Source: a virus. From it: DNA of 41,102 nt. Below are positions 17,168 through 27,471 of the stretch, one piece after another (within the stretch, counting starts at the first letter, position 1; the number at the start of each line of letters is the position of its first letter). The stretch is taken from UHGV virus genome UHGV-0210063; one strand, 5' to 3'. The position numbers and the translations under genes were made by a program. A model generated the notes under the pieces. That model saw only the letters and a list, made by a program, of their open reading frames with translations. It was not told the DNA's origin and did no database searches.

Positions 17168-17371
17168 ATGAGCAGCTTATTTTTAACCGAAGATGAATTG
17201 CTAATATTAACGGGCTGCAAATATGCAAGCCACCAGCGAAAATGGTTAATGGAAAACGGGCTTCCGTTCTATACCAATCGTAGTGGCAAACCGATTGTCA
17301 GCCGGGATCTATTTACCTGCAATAAAACTTTACCACCACGCGAGGTAGAGCCGAATTTTGGTGCGATCTGA
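17168..17371 (+). CDS. xis: Putative excisionase (DUF4224-like)
   Basis: 67 aa directly upstream of and overlapping int start; LTEDELLILTGCKY...NRSGKPIV pattern. Confidence 0.55.
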   Translation: MSSLFLTEDELLILTGCKYASHQRKWLMENGLPFYTNRSGKPIVSRDLFTCNKTLPPREVEPNFGAI

Positions 17372-18396
17372 TGGGAAGACGAAGGAAAAATCCTGAACAC
17401 GAAAAATTACCTCCAAATGTATACCCAAATAAATATAGTTATGTATGGAAACCAACATCCAGAGAATCTGTCACACTAACCGCCATCAAGGATGGTTTAG
17501 CTGCTTTATGGAAAAAGTATGAGGAAACTGTAAATAATCGCGATCGTGCAATGACATTCGGTCGCTTGTGGGAAAAATTCCTCGCCAGCGCCTATTACAG
17601 TGACCTTAGTCCAAGAACACAAAAAGATTATCTGCAACATCAAAAAAAGTTGCTTGCCGTATTCGGTAAGGTACCAGCGGATTCCATAAAACCAGAACAC
17701 ATCCGTCGATACATGGACAAAAGAGGGGAGCAGAGTAAAACGCAAGCCAACCATGAAAAAAGCAGTATGTCCCGTGTTTACAGTTGGGGGTATGAGCGAG
17801 GGTACGTCAAGGCTAACCCATGTGCAGGTGTAAGTAAATTCAAGGCCAAAAACCGCGAACGATATGTAACCGACAAAGAATACCAGGCAGTATTAAGCGT
17901 TGCACCTCTTCCTGTTTTTATCGCAATGGAAATTGCCTATCTGTGTGCAGCGAGGGTTTCCGATGTGTTATCGCTGAAATGGGAACAGATTGGAAACGAC
18001 GGGATATTCATCCAGCAAGGGAAAACCGGAAAAAAACAGATAAAAGCATGGAGTCCACGATTACAGGCAGCGATCGAAAAAGCAAAACAGTTACCAAAAT
18101 CTGCCTATGTGATCAGCAATCAATACGGCAACCGATATATGTACAAAGGCTTTAACGAAATGTGGGTAGAAGCAAGAAATCGTGCTGGAAAAATTTCAGG
18201 TATTTTAACCGACTTCACCTTTCATGATCTGAAGGCGAAAGGAATTTCAGACTATGAAGGAAGCAGCCGGGATAAGCAACTTTTCTCTGGTCACAAAACC
18301 GAAGGGCAAGTGCTAATCTATGACAGGAAGGTTAAAGTTTCACCAACACTTGATGTCCCGTTACCTGAAAATATTCCAAGAAAATATTCCAAGTAA
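17371..18396 (+). CDS. int: Tyrosine-type site-specific integrase
   Basis: 341 aa; C-terminal catalytic region (HDLKAKG...GHKTEGQVLIYDRK); adjacent to tRNA-Ser fragment. Confidence 0.85.
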   Translation: MGRRRKNPEHEKLPPNVYPNKYSYVWKPTSRESVTLTAIKDGLAALWKKYEETVNNRDRAMTFGRLWEKFLASAYYSDLSPRTQKDYLQHQKKLLAVFGKVPADSIKPEHIRRYMDKRGEQSKTQANHEKSSMSRVYSWGYERGYVKANPCAGVSKFKAKNRERYVTDKEYQAVLSVAPLPVFIAMEIAYLCAARVSDVLSLKWEQIGNDGIFIQQGKTGKKQIKAWSPRLQAAIEKAKQLPKSAYVISNQYGNRYMYKGFNEMWVEARNRAGKISGILTDFTFHDLKAKGISDYEGSSRDKQLFSGHKTEGQVLIYDRKVKVSPTLDVPLPENIPRKYSK

Positions 18397-18448
18397 TTCC
18401 AAGTGTGATTTTTGTCACTGACTTAATGATGTGTAAGTGATTGAATTT

Positions 18449-18510
18449 TGGCGGAGAGAGGGGGATTTGAACCCCCGGTGGAGTTGCCCCCACTCCGGTT
18501 TTCGAGACCG
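18449..18510 (-). other. attP core: 3' ~62 nt of a tRNA-Ser (serU-like, CGA anticodon arm onward)
   Basis: Minus strand reads ...CGGTCTCGAAAACCGGAGTGGGGGCAACTCCACCGGGGGTTCAAATCCCCCTCTCTCCGCCA; 5' half of the tRNA absent. Confidence 0.7.
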
Positions 18511-18809
18511 ATGATACAGAGTCGAAAAATCAAAGAGTTAAAAACTTTTCTTGGAATAAATGTCTTAAAATCGTACACGAAAAATCAATAAATTACATAA
18601 CATTAAAGAAGAATATTCCAAGCCTTCTTGAGGCCACCACCTGTTTTCAGGTGTCATTCAGACGTGATTTACCCCAGATTGGGTAAGCACGCTTTTTTTC
18701 TCAGCTTATTCCGTTTTGCCTGTGTGTTGAATAATTCCACTGCAGTTATATAAAATCGGTAACGGCTGGAAATCATTCAATACTCGCACTATCGAAAGTT
18801 AACCAGCCA

Positions 18810-18856
18810 GCCGCAGTATCCTATCATGACAAGTTACTGCGGCTTTTTACTTTTTA
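18810..18856 (+). terminator. Hairpin with T-run (candidate terminator)
   Basis: CCGCAGTA ... TACTGCGG 8-bp stem followed by CTTTTTACTTTTT. Confidence 0.4.
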
Positions 18857-18859
18857 TAT

Positions 18860-19147
18860 TTAACGGATCAACATCCAGATCAGCAGACACGCCACCACCG
18901 GCACAGCAAAATCCATCAGGCTTGCCACATCCCACACGCGCGGATCAAAACCGCCCCACCACGGCATGTTAATCCTCTTGCCATGCCCAAACATTTCAAT
19001 CCAGCGATATTCTGCCTGGGTGTGTTCACGCGCAATGAAGAACGTACAACCGGCTATCGCACCGTAAGCCCAGTTTCCGGTAAAAAGGCCAATCAGTACC
19101 TGCGCAGCCACAGCACAAAGCGCATGAAGAAAAGGTGTTATATCCAT
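18860..19147 (-). CDS. Small inner-membrane protein, function unknown
   Basis: 95 aa with at least two hydrophobic helices; last gene before attP. Confidence 0.55.
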   Translation of the reverse strand: MDITPFLHALCAVAAQVLIGLFTGNWAYGAIAGCTFFIAREHTQAEYRWIEMFGHGKRINMPWWGGFDPRVWDVASLMDFAVPVVACLLIWMLIR

Positions 19148-19157
19148 TACTCCTCCT

Positions 19158-19862
19158 TTATCCGATATCGCTTCGGGAAACGGATAACAACTTTAACTCT
19201 GACTCAAGTTCATCAACTCTTTCAGTCAGTTTCTGGATATGGTGAATCAGTGGAACAACCAGACGTTCGTACATTACACCTTCGGCAACAAGGCCATTGC
19301 TGGAAATGGTTTCCGGTGCATCATCTTCGTTGGCTGGTCGCCAGTGAACAAACTGAGGGGCAATTTCTCCAACTTCCTCGGCAATCAATCCATAGAATCC
19401 CCAGTCACGCCTGTCATTTTCGCATTGCGACCTGTACCACACAGGGCGCATCCTGAAAATGAGATCGGCGTGCTCTGAATCTATTGTCTCTACTGAATGT
19501 TTATAGCGGATAGATGATGTTGACCGCAGTACAGACGAAATTGCGGGGTCAGGATTAAGATAAAGGTTTGCCGCCGCTGTAGTCGTGGCCAAATTCCATA
19601 AATAAAACGCTTCACGACCTGTCAGTGGATAAAAATCTCCGCCATAACGACCACTTTCCAGATCGTTCACTTCCACTTTGTTTTTCAGCTTATTATCAAC
19701 TTCAGTTTTTGTGTATCTGGTGCTGATATCCTGCTTTGCACTGGTCATATCAGTCTGAAGCGTTGATACTTTTCCGTTAATTGAGGAAATCTCTTCCTTA
19801 GTTTTACTGACATCTCCCTTTAGCGTGGTGATATCTCCTGGAATTACTGTCGATGTAGCCAT
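19158..19862 (-). CDS. Tail-fibre-like protein with C-terminal intramolecular chaperone (peptidase S74-like) domain
   Basis: 234 aa; coiled-coil N-terminus; C-terminal pattern LRSTSSIRYK...WGFYGLIAEEVGEIAPQFV...YERLVVPLIHHIQKLTERVDELE. Confidence 0.45.
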   Translation of the reverse strand: MATSTVIPGDITTLKGDVSKTKEEISSINGKVSTLQTDMTSAKQDISTRYTKTEVDNKLKNKVEVNDLESGRYGGDFYPLTGREAFYLWNLATTTAAANLYLNPDPAISSVLRSTSSIRYKHSVETIDSEHADLIFRMRPVWYRSQCENDRRDWGFYGLIAEEVGEIAPQFVHWRPANEDDAPETISSNGLVAEGVMYERLVVPLIHHIQKLTERVDELESELKLLSVSRSDIG

Positions 19863-19871
19863 TTGTCTCCC

Positions 19872-20153
19872 TCACATCCAGCCACGAAGTTGATGCTCAA
19901 CAACAACCGCGTATTTATCGAATATTGACGATTTTTTTGCATCATTAATGATGCGCACGTTTACAAAATATCCGTCTTCCTTAACACATACCGGTTCGCC
20001 ATCTTCAGTCAGTTCTCCGGTTTCTTTGTACACGTTACCTATCACGTCAATAAGAATATTATCCTGCATCGACTCGTCATCATAATAGCCAGTGCTCTCC
20101 ATAAAGGCCGAAAAGTCGGCCCTGTCTGCAAATTTGAGTGTTAAATCTTTCAT
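19872..20153 (-). CDS. Hypothetical protein (93 aa) translationally coupled to stf
   Basis: Start overlaps stf stop; acidic; sits where tfa would be. Confidence 0.45.
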   Translation of the reverse strand: MKDLTLKFADRADFSAFMESTGYYDDESMQDNILIDVIGNVYKETGELTEDGEPVCVKEDGYFVNVRIINDAKKSSIFDKYAVVVEHQLRGWM

Positions 20154-22534
20154 TAGATTGACTCCCCCACCTGAGCATCAGTCAATGCCTTGTGCCATAT
20201 TCTGAAATTCCTGACATGACCAAATAAATGACGTAACCCGGCAGTAGTCTGGCCTCCAATACGGATAATTGCGGTGTTCTGAATACAGGACCATGTGGTT
20301 TTTGTTTCGCTGGATATACGCCCGTTACTTACTGAGCACGTAGACTGATCTGACTTTACACGCATCCCCATAACCATTTTTTCAAGCGATGCGTTTTCGT
20401 TTACCCGTCTGTTAGCTCCTCCAATATCGCAATAAGGAAATCCGTCGTAATCTGTTGAACGACCGAAGCCAAGAATAATAGCCGCTCCGGTTTGATGACC
20501 GCCGGTGTCAAAAACACGCGGAGCTGCATTTGGCGTTTTATACCAGTTCTTATGTACCTCACAAAGAACCGTAAAAGGAAGATTATAAAGATTATTCTTA
20601 ATGGGAACTGTAACTATATCGCTTGCGCGGGTCGCCGCCGTCGTTCCTGATATAATAAAAGATGATACACAAGGCCCATTTTCTACTTGTGGGGTGGCCA
20701 GATAAATATAGTCACCAGATACGGTTGCCCCGCCCTGCTTAGGAGAATACTGTATCTGAGAACCTATTTTTAACTCCCCATCAATTGCCTGAATTGTTGC
20801 CTCTGCAAAAATCCATCCGGTAGCTTCGTCCTTTCTGACTCTCGCAGTAATCCTTGAGGCAGCACCGCCTGTCATATTAATTTCAAGCGTTTGTGTATCA
20901 ATATACGCATCACCAAGAAAAGTTGTTGCGCTACCGTCATATTTATCAAACCGGATACGCAACCTTACCTGCAGTTCTGTTTTAAAACGACATGAGGTTG
21001 TCACGTGTTTATTATCGCCTGAGACATCAACTGACTTTGTTGCAGCAATTGATGCCATATTAATGGCTGAGGTTTGCCCAATCAGAGAATCGTTGCAGAC
21101 AAACTTTCCATAGGTAAAACCAAAACTATCCGTCCCTGTTTCGGGCACATCCATATTTGACGATCGCCCCCAACTGGCAGGGTTTTCCGAATTGAGCATG
21201 TAGTTTGTTCTTTGCCCCTCAATAAGCAGGCCATCACGTTCAAACCGTGGCTCGTCAATGGCAGCCTCTGTCAGCACACCAGATTTATTAATGTAAGTTG
21301 CTTTTGATGCGCGTTTAAACTTTACAACCTTATCGCCAGGCATCGTTATTTCATCATCACCAATAACAATCTTTTTATATGACGGCGAAAAGCCCGTAAT
21401 CATATCCAGTGAATCGTTAAACGGTATCCACACATCGGGAAGCGGCTGCAATACTTGTTTATACGGCTCCGCAGCCTGGCTTGCATACTCTCTGGCTGCG
21501 TCTTCACTTGCTTTTGCAGCCGTCTGGCTTGCAGCGGATGCTTTCGCCGAGTTAGCCGCCGCAGTCTCGCTCGCCTTTGCGTTGGTTTCACTGGTTTTTG
21601 CAGCTTTTTGACTGTTGGCTGATGCAGTGGCAGAAGCAGCCGCCGCGCTTGCAGAACCAGCTGCAGCACTCTCGCTTTGGGCTGCTGCATCCTGACTGTT
21701 TTTCGCCGCAGTTTCGCTGGCTTTGGCATTCGTTTCGCTGGTCTTCGCTGCCGTCTGGCTGGACTTTGCGTTAGTTTCACTCGTCTTCGCAGCTTTCTGG
21801 CTGTTAGCCGCAGCAGTTGCTGATCCAGCTGCTGAAGTCGCAGAACCGGCTGCCGCGCTCTCGCTTTGGTCTGCTGCAACCTGGCTGTTTTTTGCCGCAG
21901 TTTCACTGGCTTTGGCATTCGTTTCGCTGGTTTTCGCTGCCGTCTGGCTGGACTTTGCGTTGGTTTCGCTCGTCTTTGCGGCTGTCTCGCTATTTTTCGC
22001 GTTGGTTTCTGATTTTTTGGCTGCTGTCGCGGAGTTTGCCGATGCAGTCTTTGAGGTCGCTGCCGCCTGTGCACTATTAGCTGCATTCGTTTCTGAGGTT
22101 TTCGCCGCGTTCTTCGATGATGCCGCTGCAGTTTCGGATTTCTTTGCCGCCGCTGCGCTCTGAGAGGCGGCTTCAGCGTTGCGTGCCGCTTCTTCCACCA
22201 TTTCCTCAAAACGACGCAATGCCTCCGGCATGACATCATCTTCCGTCATGGCACCGAGAAAATCATTCAGCGTACCTGGTCTGGAGCCTTCATAGACGGT
22301 AATGGTCCCGGCATGTGAAGGCGGAAAACCTTCAACCAGCAGGGTGACGCTGTACTGGCCATACTCAACATCCATGCTGTAACGCCCGGCTTCATCAGGA
22401 TTTTCAGAGGCCACCGTGTTCACCAGTACCGTGGTGCTGTTACGCTTTGCCTTCAGTTGAATAGTGCAGTTCTGTATTGGTTTTCCCGCACCATCTTTCA
22501 GCACACCTGAGATTTTTACTGCTGCCATATCCAC
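20153..22534 (-). CDS. stf: Side tail fibre protein (Stf-like) with repetitive Ala/Ser/Thr-rich shaft
   Basis: N-terminus nearly identical to lambda Stf (AVKISGVLKDGAGKPIQNCTIQLKAKRNSTT...); internal SETNAK repeats; divergent C-terminal receptor-binding region. Confidence 0.85.
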   Translation of the reverse strand: MDMAAVKISGVLKDGAGKPIQNCTIQLKAKRNSTTVLVNTVASENPDEAGRYSMDVEYGQYSVTLLVEGFPPSHAGTITVYEGSRPGTLNDFLGAMTEDDVMPEALRRFEEMVEEAARNAEAASQSAAAAKKSETAAASSKNAAKTSETNAANSAQAAATSKTASANSATAAKKSETNAKNSETAAKTSETNAKSSQTAAKTSETNAKASETAAKNSQVAADQSESAAAGSATSAAGSATAAANSQKAAKTSETNAKSSQTAAKTSETNAKASETAAKNSQDAAAQSESAAAGSASAAAASATASANSQKAAKTSETNAKASETAAANSAKASAASQTAAKASEDAAREYASQAAEPYKQVLQPLPDVWIPFNDSLDMITGFSPSYKKIVIGDDEITMPGDKVVKFKRASKATYINKSGVLTEAAIDEPRFERDGLLIEGQRTNYMLNSENPASWGRSSNMDVPETGTDSFGFTYGKFVCNDSLIGQTSAINMASIAATKSVDVSGDNKHVTTSCRFKTELQVRLRIRFDKYDGSATTFLGDAYIDTQTLEINMTGGAASRITARVRKDEATGWIFAEATIQAIDGELKIGSQIQYSPKQGGATVSGDYIYLATPQVENGPCVSSFIISGTTAATRASDIVTVPIKNNLYNLPFTVLCEVHKNWYKTPNAAPRVFDTGGHQTGAAIILGFGRSTDYDGFPYCDIGGANRRVNENASLEKMVMGMRVKSDQSTCSVSNGRISSETKTTWSCIQNTAIIRIGGQTTAGLRHLFGHVRNFRIWHKALTDAQVGESI
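21540..22150. repeat. Tandem imperfect repeats inside stf (about 46-aa units)
   Basis: Repeated AAKTSETNAKSSQTAAKTSETNAKASETAAKNSQ...SESAAAGSA blocks at protein and nucleotide level. Confidence 0.7.
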
Positions 22535-22540
22535 TCCACA

Positions 22541-22572
22541 AAAAAGCCCGCCTGAACCGGCGGGCTGTCATA
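22541..22572 (-). terminator. Terminator downstream of lom
   Basis: Minus strand GCCCGCCGGTTCAGGCGGGC hairpin followed by TTTTTTGTGG. Confidence 0.55.
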
Positions 22573-22592
22573 ACACTGTGTTACCTGGCTAA

Positions 22593-23192
22593 TCAGAATT
22601 TATAACCGACACCCACGATGAAACCGTCAGTGCGCCAGTCACCACTGCCGGAGCCTTCATAAGCAATATCAATGGCCACGGATTCGGTCGGGTTAAACTG
22701 CACGCCAGCCCCCCACGCCAGAGACGTGTTGCTGTGGCGACCGTCATCACTTCCGGTCAGCACATCGTGCGTTTTCCCCTTGCTGTCAGTTACGCGGAGA
22801 TAATCCCCGGAAAAAGTCGAAACACGGCTGTAAGCCACACCTGCCATCGCATAAGCACTGAACCATTCATTCACGCGTACAGATGGCCCCGCCATCATGC
22901 TGAACCAGCGGTTACGCACGGAATCTTCATGCCAGCGGGTATCGCTGTAATGCGTTTTTTGCTCATCTTTGGCATTGGCATAACTGAATGACGTCACCAG
23001 CCCCAGCGTGTCCGTAAATTCATAACGGTATTTCACGTTAATGCCCTTCAGGTCATCACTGCCTGGCATATCAGTATGGGTCTGAAGATACCCGGCGCTT
23101 AGTGTGGACTGATGCTCTGCTGCGCTCGCTGGCGTACCAGCGGCAACCAGCCAGACTACTGCGGACAGAATAACAGCACATAATTTACGCAT
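22593..23192 (-). CDS. lom: Outer membrane protein Lom (Ail/Lom family)
   Basis: 199 aa with signal peptide and beta-barrel pattern ending GVGYKF; flanked by hairpin terminators. Confidence 0.9.
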   Translation of the reverse strand: MRKLCAVILSAVVWLVAAGTPASAAEHQSTLSAGYLQTHTDMPGSDDLKGINVKYRYEFTDTLGLVTSFSYANAKDEQKTHYSDTRWHEDSVRNRWFSMMAGPSVRVNEWFSAYAMAGVAYSRVSTFSGDYLRVTDSKGKTHDVLTGSDDGRHSNTSLAWGAGVQFNPTESVAIDIAYEGSGSGDWRTDGFIVGVGYKF

Positions 23193-23220
23193 AATTACCT
23201 CTCGCTTTTCTGCAATAAAA

Positions 23221-23250
23221 AAGGCGTCATTTCTGACGCCCGTATTGGGG
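23221..23250 (-). terminator. Terminator between J and lom
   Basis: Minus strand GGCGTCAGAAATGACGCC hairpin followed by TTTTTTATT. Confidence 0.55.
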
Positions 23251-23259
23251 TTATAAAAT

Positions 23260-26200
23260 TCAGCTGATACTGATGCCTGCGGTGGCTTTCTTCATCACCA
23301 CAACCAGCAAATCGCTGATACTTGCTGTGGGATACCAGTCATTTACCAGCCATGCTGACACCGAAAACTCCAGCGTCATGTGACCGTGACCGGCAGGCAT
23401 ATCAATAACGCCACTGTAAATCAGCGTATTATCCAGCGCGGTACGGTTATAAATTTCAGCACCGTTTTTCCGCACTATCAGACGGCATGAGGAGTAAATA
23501 TCAGTATGCTCTCTCTCATGTTTAGCGCCACGAAACGCCACCGCCGGAATAACAATCTGCCGGTCAAACGGCTGATCGTCATAAATCCTGACGGTAATGG
23601 TCCCTGATGGCCACCGTTCCGGTGCACGGGAGTCCCGGGGGAAAGCTTTGCCCACTGTTTTAACGAGATCGCCTTCAATCTGGTTCGCGGACAGTTTTCC
23701 CAGAACCCGGCAGTTCTCGTTAATCGTGACGTTGTTGAGCGTCCCGGAGTTCGCATTCACGTTACCGCTGATATCGGCATTTTTCGCCGTCAGCCGCCCG
23801 TCCGGTGTCAGGGAAAATGCCGGAGGATTACCGCCGCTGGTAATGGTGGGAGCCGTCAGATATTTCAGGAACACTTCATTCATAAATATCTGATCGCCCT
23901 GACCAACAAACATCGGCTTTGTGTTGCCATTCGCAGGATTAACCATCGCAATCCTGTCCGCCGCCAGCAGCACCTGACTCTGCATACCGTCAGGGGTGTT
24001 CTCAATACCGGCACCAATACCCGCGATATAAAGGCGTCCGTCCTGCATCTGCTGCAGCTTCACAGCCCACATGCTGTTCAGGTTATTATTTGTATCAACC
24101 TGAACCTTCTGTATCTGCTGAATTGCCGCACTCTGGTCTTCCAGTTTCTTATTGACGGTCTGCGTGATTTCATTGCTGACATCCGTAATGGACGTCCTGA
24201 TTTCAGCCAGGTCAGGCGCAAGCTGACCGTTATCAATCTGCGTCCACAGCTCCTGAGCCAGATGGCTTTTCCCTATCTCGCCTTTGAAAAAATCCAGATA
24301 GCCGGATGCATCATCACTCGGCTGGCCAACAGCCTCCACAAATGCCGATTTGCCAACGGTGTTCACACTGCGGATGTAAAAATAATAATCATGGCCCGGT
24401 TTGATATTGATACTGGCAGCTATCCAGTACAGCGCCGTGCCAAGATAGCGGGCTGTGGTTTCAACCTGCCTGATATCCGCAATCCGCTTTTCCGAGAACC
24501 AGAACTCAAACTGTACCGTCGGATCATAAACGGCAAGATGGGGCGTGGCGGTTATCTGAAAATAGCCCGGCGTCAGCTCAATCCGCGACGGCGCTGCCGG
24601 TGCGGCAATACGGAACGATACCGATGCCGGATCGCCCTGCTGCCCCCAGGCATTTGCCGCCCGGACTGTCAGCCTGTAGTTTCCCAGCGCCAGTTGCGTG
24701 AAGCGGTATGTGGTTTCCGTCGTCCGGGCCGTGCTGACCAGCCGCTCACTGCCGTCATCCGCTGCCACGGTCAGGCGAAGCAGGAAGCTCACGCCCTTCA
24801 CCACCTTCGGTGTGTCCCATCGCGCCAGCACCTGATATTCCCCGCTGTCTGCGGTGACTTCGGCAGTCAGGTGCTGCACCGCTGGCGGCGTGACACCATT
24901 CACCGTGCCGCTCTGGTCGCCGTCAAAGTGCGCCCCGTTATCCACGATGGCCTCTTTTTCCGGTACATGCTGCACGGCGGTGATGGCATACGTGCCGTCG
25001 TCGTTCTCACGGATACTCACGCAGCGGAACAGGCGCTGGCGCAACGTCGGCAGCTTCAGCCCCCATACGCTGTATTCAGCAACGCCGTCAGGAACACGGC
25101 TCACTTTCACCTTCACGCCGTCGGTGACGGACTGAACCTCCACGCTGACCGGACTCCCCTGCCCGTCAACCAGGCTTATCAGCGTGGTGCCGGAAGATGG
25201 CAGCGTGATTTCACGGTCGAGCGTCAGCGTCCGGGTCTGGCTGTTTACCGCCAGCACGCGCCCGCCGGTGCGGATACCGGCATAGTCATCATCGCAGATT
25301 TCAATGACATCGCCCGGTACATGGCGAAGCCCTTCGGCACCCACGCTGAAATCCACGGTCTGCGTTTCCAGCAGTTCCGTTTTAATCAGCCACAGCCCGG
25401 CGCGGTGTGCCTGCCCCCGGCTGGTACAGCCAAAAGCATCCATCTTCGTGACGTTACGACCGTAACGGGCAATGGCCTGCGTATCCTCCACAAGCTCTGT
25501 CGCCGTCTCCCAGCCGTTGTCCGGGTCAATCCAGTTCACCTCAACGGCATTATGGCGGTCTTTCAGGGCGCTGAAGCTGTAGCGGAACGGCGCGCCATCA
25601 TCCGGCATCACCACATTACTGCGGTTATAGGTCCACACCTTATCCGACGGTCGGTCCTGCACGAACGTCAGCGTCTGCCCGTTCCATACCGGCATACAGC
25701 GCATCGCCGAGCAGAAATCACTGAGCACATCCCACGCCTTGCGCTGTGTGGTCAGGTACGCATTACAGGTGATGCGCGGCTCCGTGCCGCCAAAGCCGTC
25801 CGGCACTGACTGGTCGCAGTACTGGCCGATGACATACAGCGCCCATTTGTCCACATCCGCCGCACCAAGACGTTTCCCCATGCCGTAGCGCGGGTGGGTC
25901 AGCATATCCCACAGACACCAGGCCATGTTGTTGCTGTATGCTGGTTTTAACGTTCCGTCCCAGATACCGCTGTATTGCCGCGTCTGCGGGTTATAATTCG
26001 ACGGCACCTGCAGAATACGCCCGCGCAGATGATAATTACGGCTCACCTGCTGGCTGCCGAACTGCTCCGAATCCACCTGCACGCCGACCAGTGCCGTGTT
26101 CGGGTAGCACTGTTTCACATCGATGATTTCGGTGTATGACGACCAGAGCGTTTTGTTCTGCAGCTGGTCTGTGGTGCTGTCCGGTGTCATCCTGCGCATC

Positions 26201-26739
26201 CGGATATTGAACGGGCGCGGAGGCAGGTTATCCACCACCACCGAGGCCAGATACTGCGAGGTGGTTTTGCCCTTAATGGTGATGTCTTTTTCCGTCACCC
26301 AGCCACCGTTACGCTGTATCTGAACCAGCAGGCGAACTTCCGACGGATTCCTGTCTCCCTTTGAGGTGGTTTCCACCAGTGCCTGCACGCCGAAAGTAAA
26401 ACGCAGACGGTCAATGTTTGCCGACGTGATGGTCCGGGTGATCGGCGTGTCATATTTCACTTCTGTACCGAGCACCGTCTCGGAGCCGGAGGATTCAAAT
26501 CCCTCCGGCGGTGTCTGCTCCTGCTCACCGGCCCGGAACACCACCGTGACGCCGAATATATTGGTATTCCCCTCACTGTCCAGCACCGGCGTACTGTTCA
26601 GCAGCACGCTTTTTAATCCATCCACCGGACCTTCAACCGGCCCTTCGCTGATGGCGTCTATCACGCTCAGCATCTGGGATGATTTCAGGTTGTCCTTCGC
26701 TTCGCGCGGGGTATGCCCCTTACTGCTGCCTTTACCCAT
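23260..26739 (-). CDS. J: Host specificity protein J (central tail fibre)
   Basis: 1159 aa after tail assembly protein I; size and position as lambda J. Confidence 0.9.
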   Translation of the reverse strand: MGKGSSKGHTPREAKDNLKSSQMLSVIDAISEGPVEGPVDGLKSVLLNSTPVLDSEGNTNIFGVTVVFRAGEQEQTPPEGFESSGSETVLGTEVKYDTPITRTITSANIDRLRFTFGVQALVETTSKGDRNPSEVRLLVQIQRNGGWVTEKDITIKGKTTSQYLASVVVDNLPPRPFNIRMRRMTPDSTTDQLQNKTLWSSYTEIIDVKQCYPNTALVGVQVDSEQFGSQQVSRNYHLRGRILQVPSNYNPQTRQYSGIWDGTLKPAYSNNMAWCLWDMLTHPRYGMGKRLGAADVDKWALYVIGQYCDQSVPDGFGGTEPRITCNAYLTTQRKAWDVLSDFCSAMRCMPVWNGQTLTFVQDRPSDKVWTYNRSNVVMPDDGAPFRYSFSALKDRHNAVEVNWIDPDNGWETATELVEDTQAIARYGRNVTKMDAFGCTSRGQAHRAGLWLIKTELLETQTVDFSVGAEGLRHVPGDVIEICDDDYAGIRTGGRVLAVNSQTRTLTLDREITLPSSGTTLISLVDGQGSPVSVEVQSVTDGVKVKVSRVPDGVAEYSVWGLKLPTLRQRLFRCVSIRENDDGTYAITAVQHVPEKEAIVDNGAHFDGDQSGTVNGVTPPAVQHLTAEVTADSGEYQVLARWDTPKVVKGVSFLLRLTVAADDGSERLVSTARTTETTYRFTQLALGNYRLTVRAANAWGQQGDPASVSFRIAAPAAPSRIELTPGYFQITATPHLAVYDPTVQFEFWFSEKRIADIRQVETTARYLGTALYWIAASINIKPGHDYYFYIRSVNTVGKSAFVEAVGQPSDDASGYLDFFKGEIGKSHLAQELWTQIDNGQLAPDLAEIRTSITDVSNEITQTVNKKLEDQSAAIQQIQKVQVDTNNNLNSMWAVKLQQMQDGRLYIAGIGAGIENTPDGMQSQVLLAADRIAMVNPANGNTKPMFVGQGDQIFMNEVFLKYLTAPTITSGGNPPAFSLTPDGRLTAKNADISGNVNANSGTLNNVTINENCRVLGKLSANQIEGDLVKTVGKAFPRDSRAPERWPSGTITVRIYDDQPFDRQIVIPAVAFRGAKHEREHTDIYSSCRLIVRKNGAEIYNRTALDNTLIYSGVIDMPAGHGHMTLEFSVSAWLVNDWYPTASISDLLVVVMKKATAGISIS

Positions 26740-26799
26740 TCGTCATGCTCCATAAACGATAAAACCGCCCGGAGGCGGTTTCACATAAAACATTTTGCA

Positions 26800-27471
26800 T
26801 CAGCGACCAATCACCACAACCTGACCACCATCCCCTTCGTCTGCCGTGCTGATCTCCTGAGAAACCACGCGTGACCCCACGCGCATTTCACCGTACAGAA
26901 CCGGCAGAACATTGCCCTGGGCAACCATGTTATCCAGTGAGGAGAAATAGGTGTTCTGTTTGCCGTTATCCGTTGTCTGTGTACGGGGAGTTCTGGCTTT
27001 CGGTGCCAGCATCTGCGCCACACCACCGAGCACCATACTGGCACCGAGAGAAAACAGGATGCCGGTCATACCACCGGCCCCAATGGCTGCCCCCCATGCT
27101 GCAAGGGTGGCTCCGGCGGTAAAGAATGATCCGGCAATGGCGGCAGCCCCCAGGACAATCTGGAATACGCCACCTGACTTGGCCCCGGCGACTCTGGGAA
27201 CAATATGAATCACAGCGCCATCAGGCAGAGTCTCATGTAACTGCGCCGTTAACCCGGACGTGCTGACGTCCCGCCCGGCAATCCGTACCTGATACCAGCC
27301 GTCGCTCAGTTTCTGACGAAACACCGGGAGCTGTGTGGCCAGTGCGCGGATGGCTTCAGCCCCCGTTTTCACACGAAGGTCGATGCGGCGGCCAAATCGT
27401 TGTAAATCCCCGTAAAGGCAGATGCGCGCCATGCCCGGTGACGCCAGAGGGAGTGTGTGCGTCGCTGCCAT
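26800..27471 (-). CDS. I: Tail assembly protein I
   Basis: 223 aa with Gly/Ala-rich hydrophobic segment; overlaps K as in lambda. Confidence 0.8.
   Translation of the reverse strand: MAATHTLPLASPGMARICLYGDLQRFGRRIDLRVKTGAEAIRALATQLPVFRQKLSDGWYQVRIAGRDVSTSGLTAQLHETLPDGAVIHIVPRVAGAKSGGVFQIVLGAAAIAGSFFTAGATLAAWGAAIGAGGMTGILFSLGASMVLGGVAQMLAPKARTPRTQTTDNGKQNTYFSSLDNMVAQGNVLPVLYGEMRVGSRVVSQEISTADEGDGGQVVVIGR

Noticed and set aside
21400-22239. 279-aa Arg/Gln-rich minus-strand ORF and overlapping plus-strand ORFs 21723..22163 and 21817..22080
   Set aside because: Alternative-frame and antisense translations of the repetitive stf shaft; the repeat structure suppresses stop codons.
24262-25809. 515-aa plus-strand ORF
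   Set aside because: Lies entirely antisense within the J gene; Arg/Pro/Ala-rich low-complexity translation typical of a GC-rich antisense frame.
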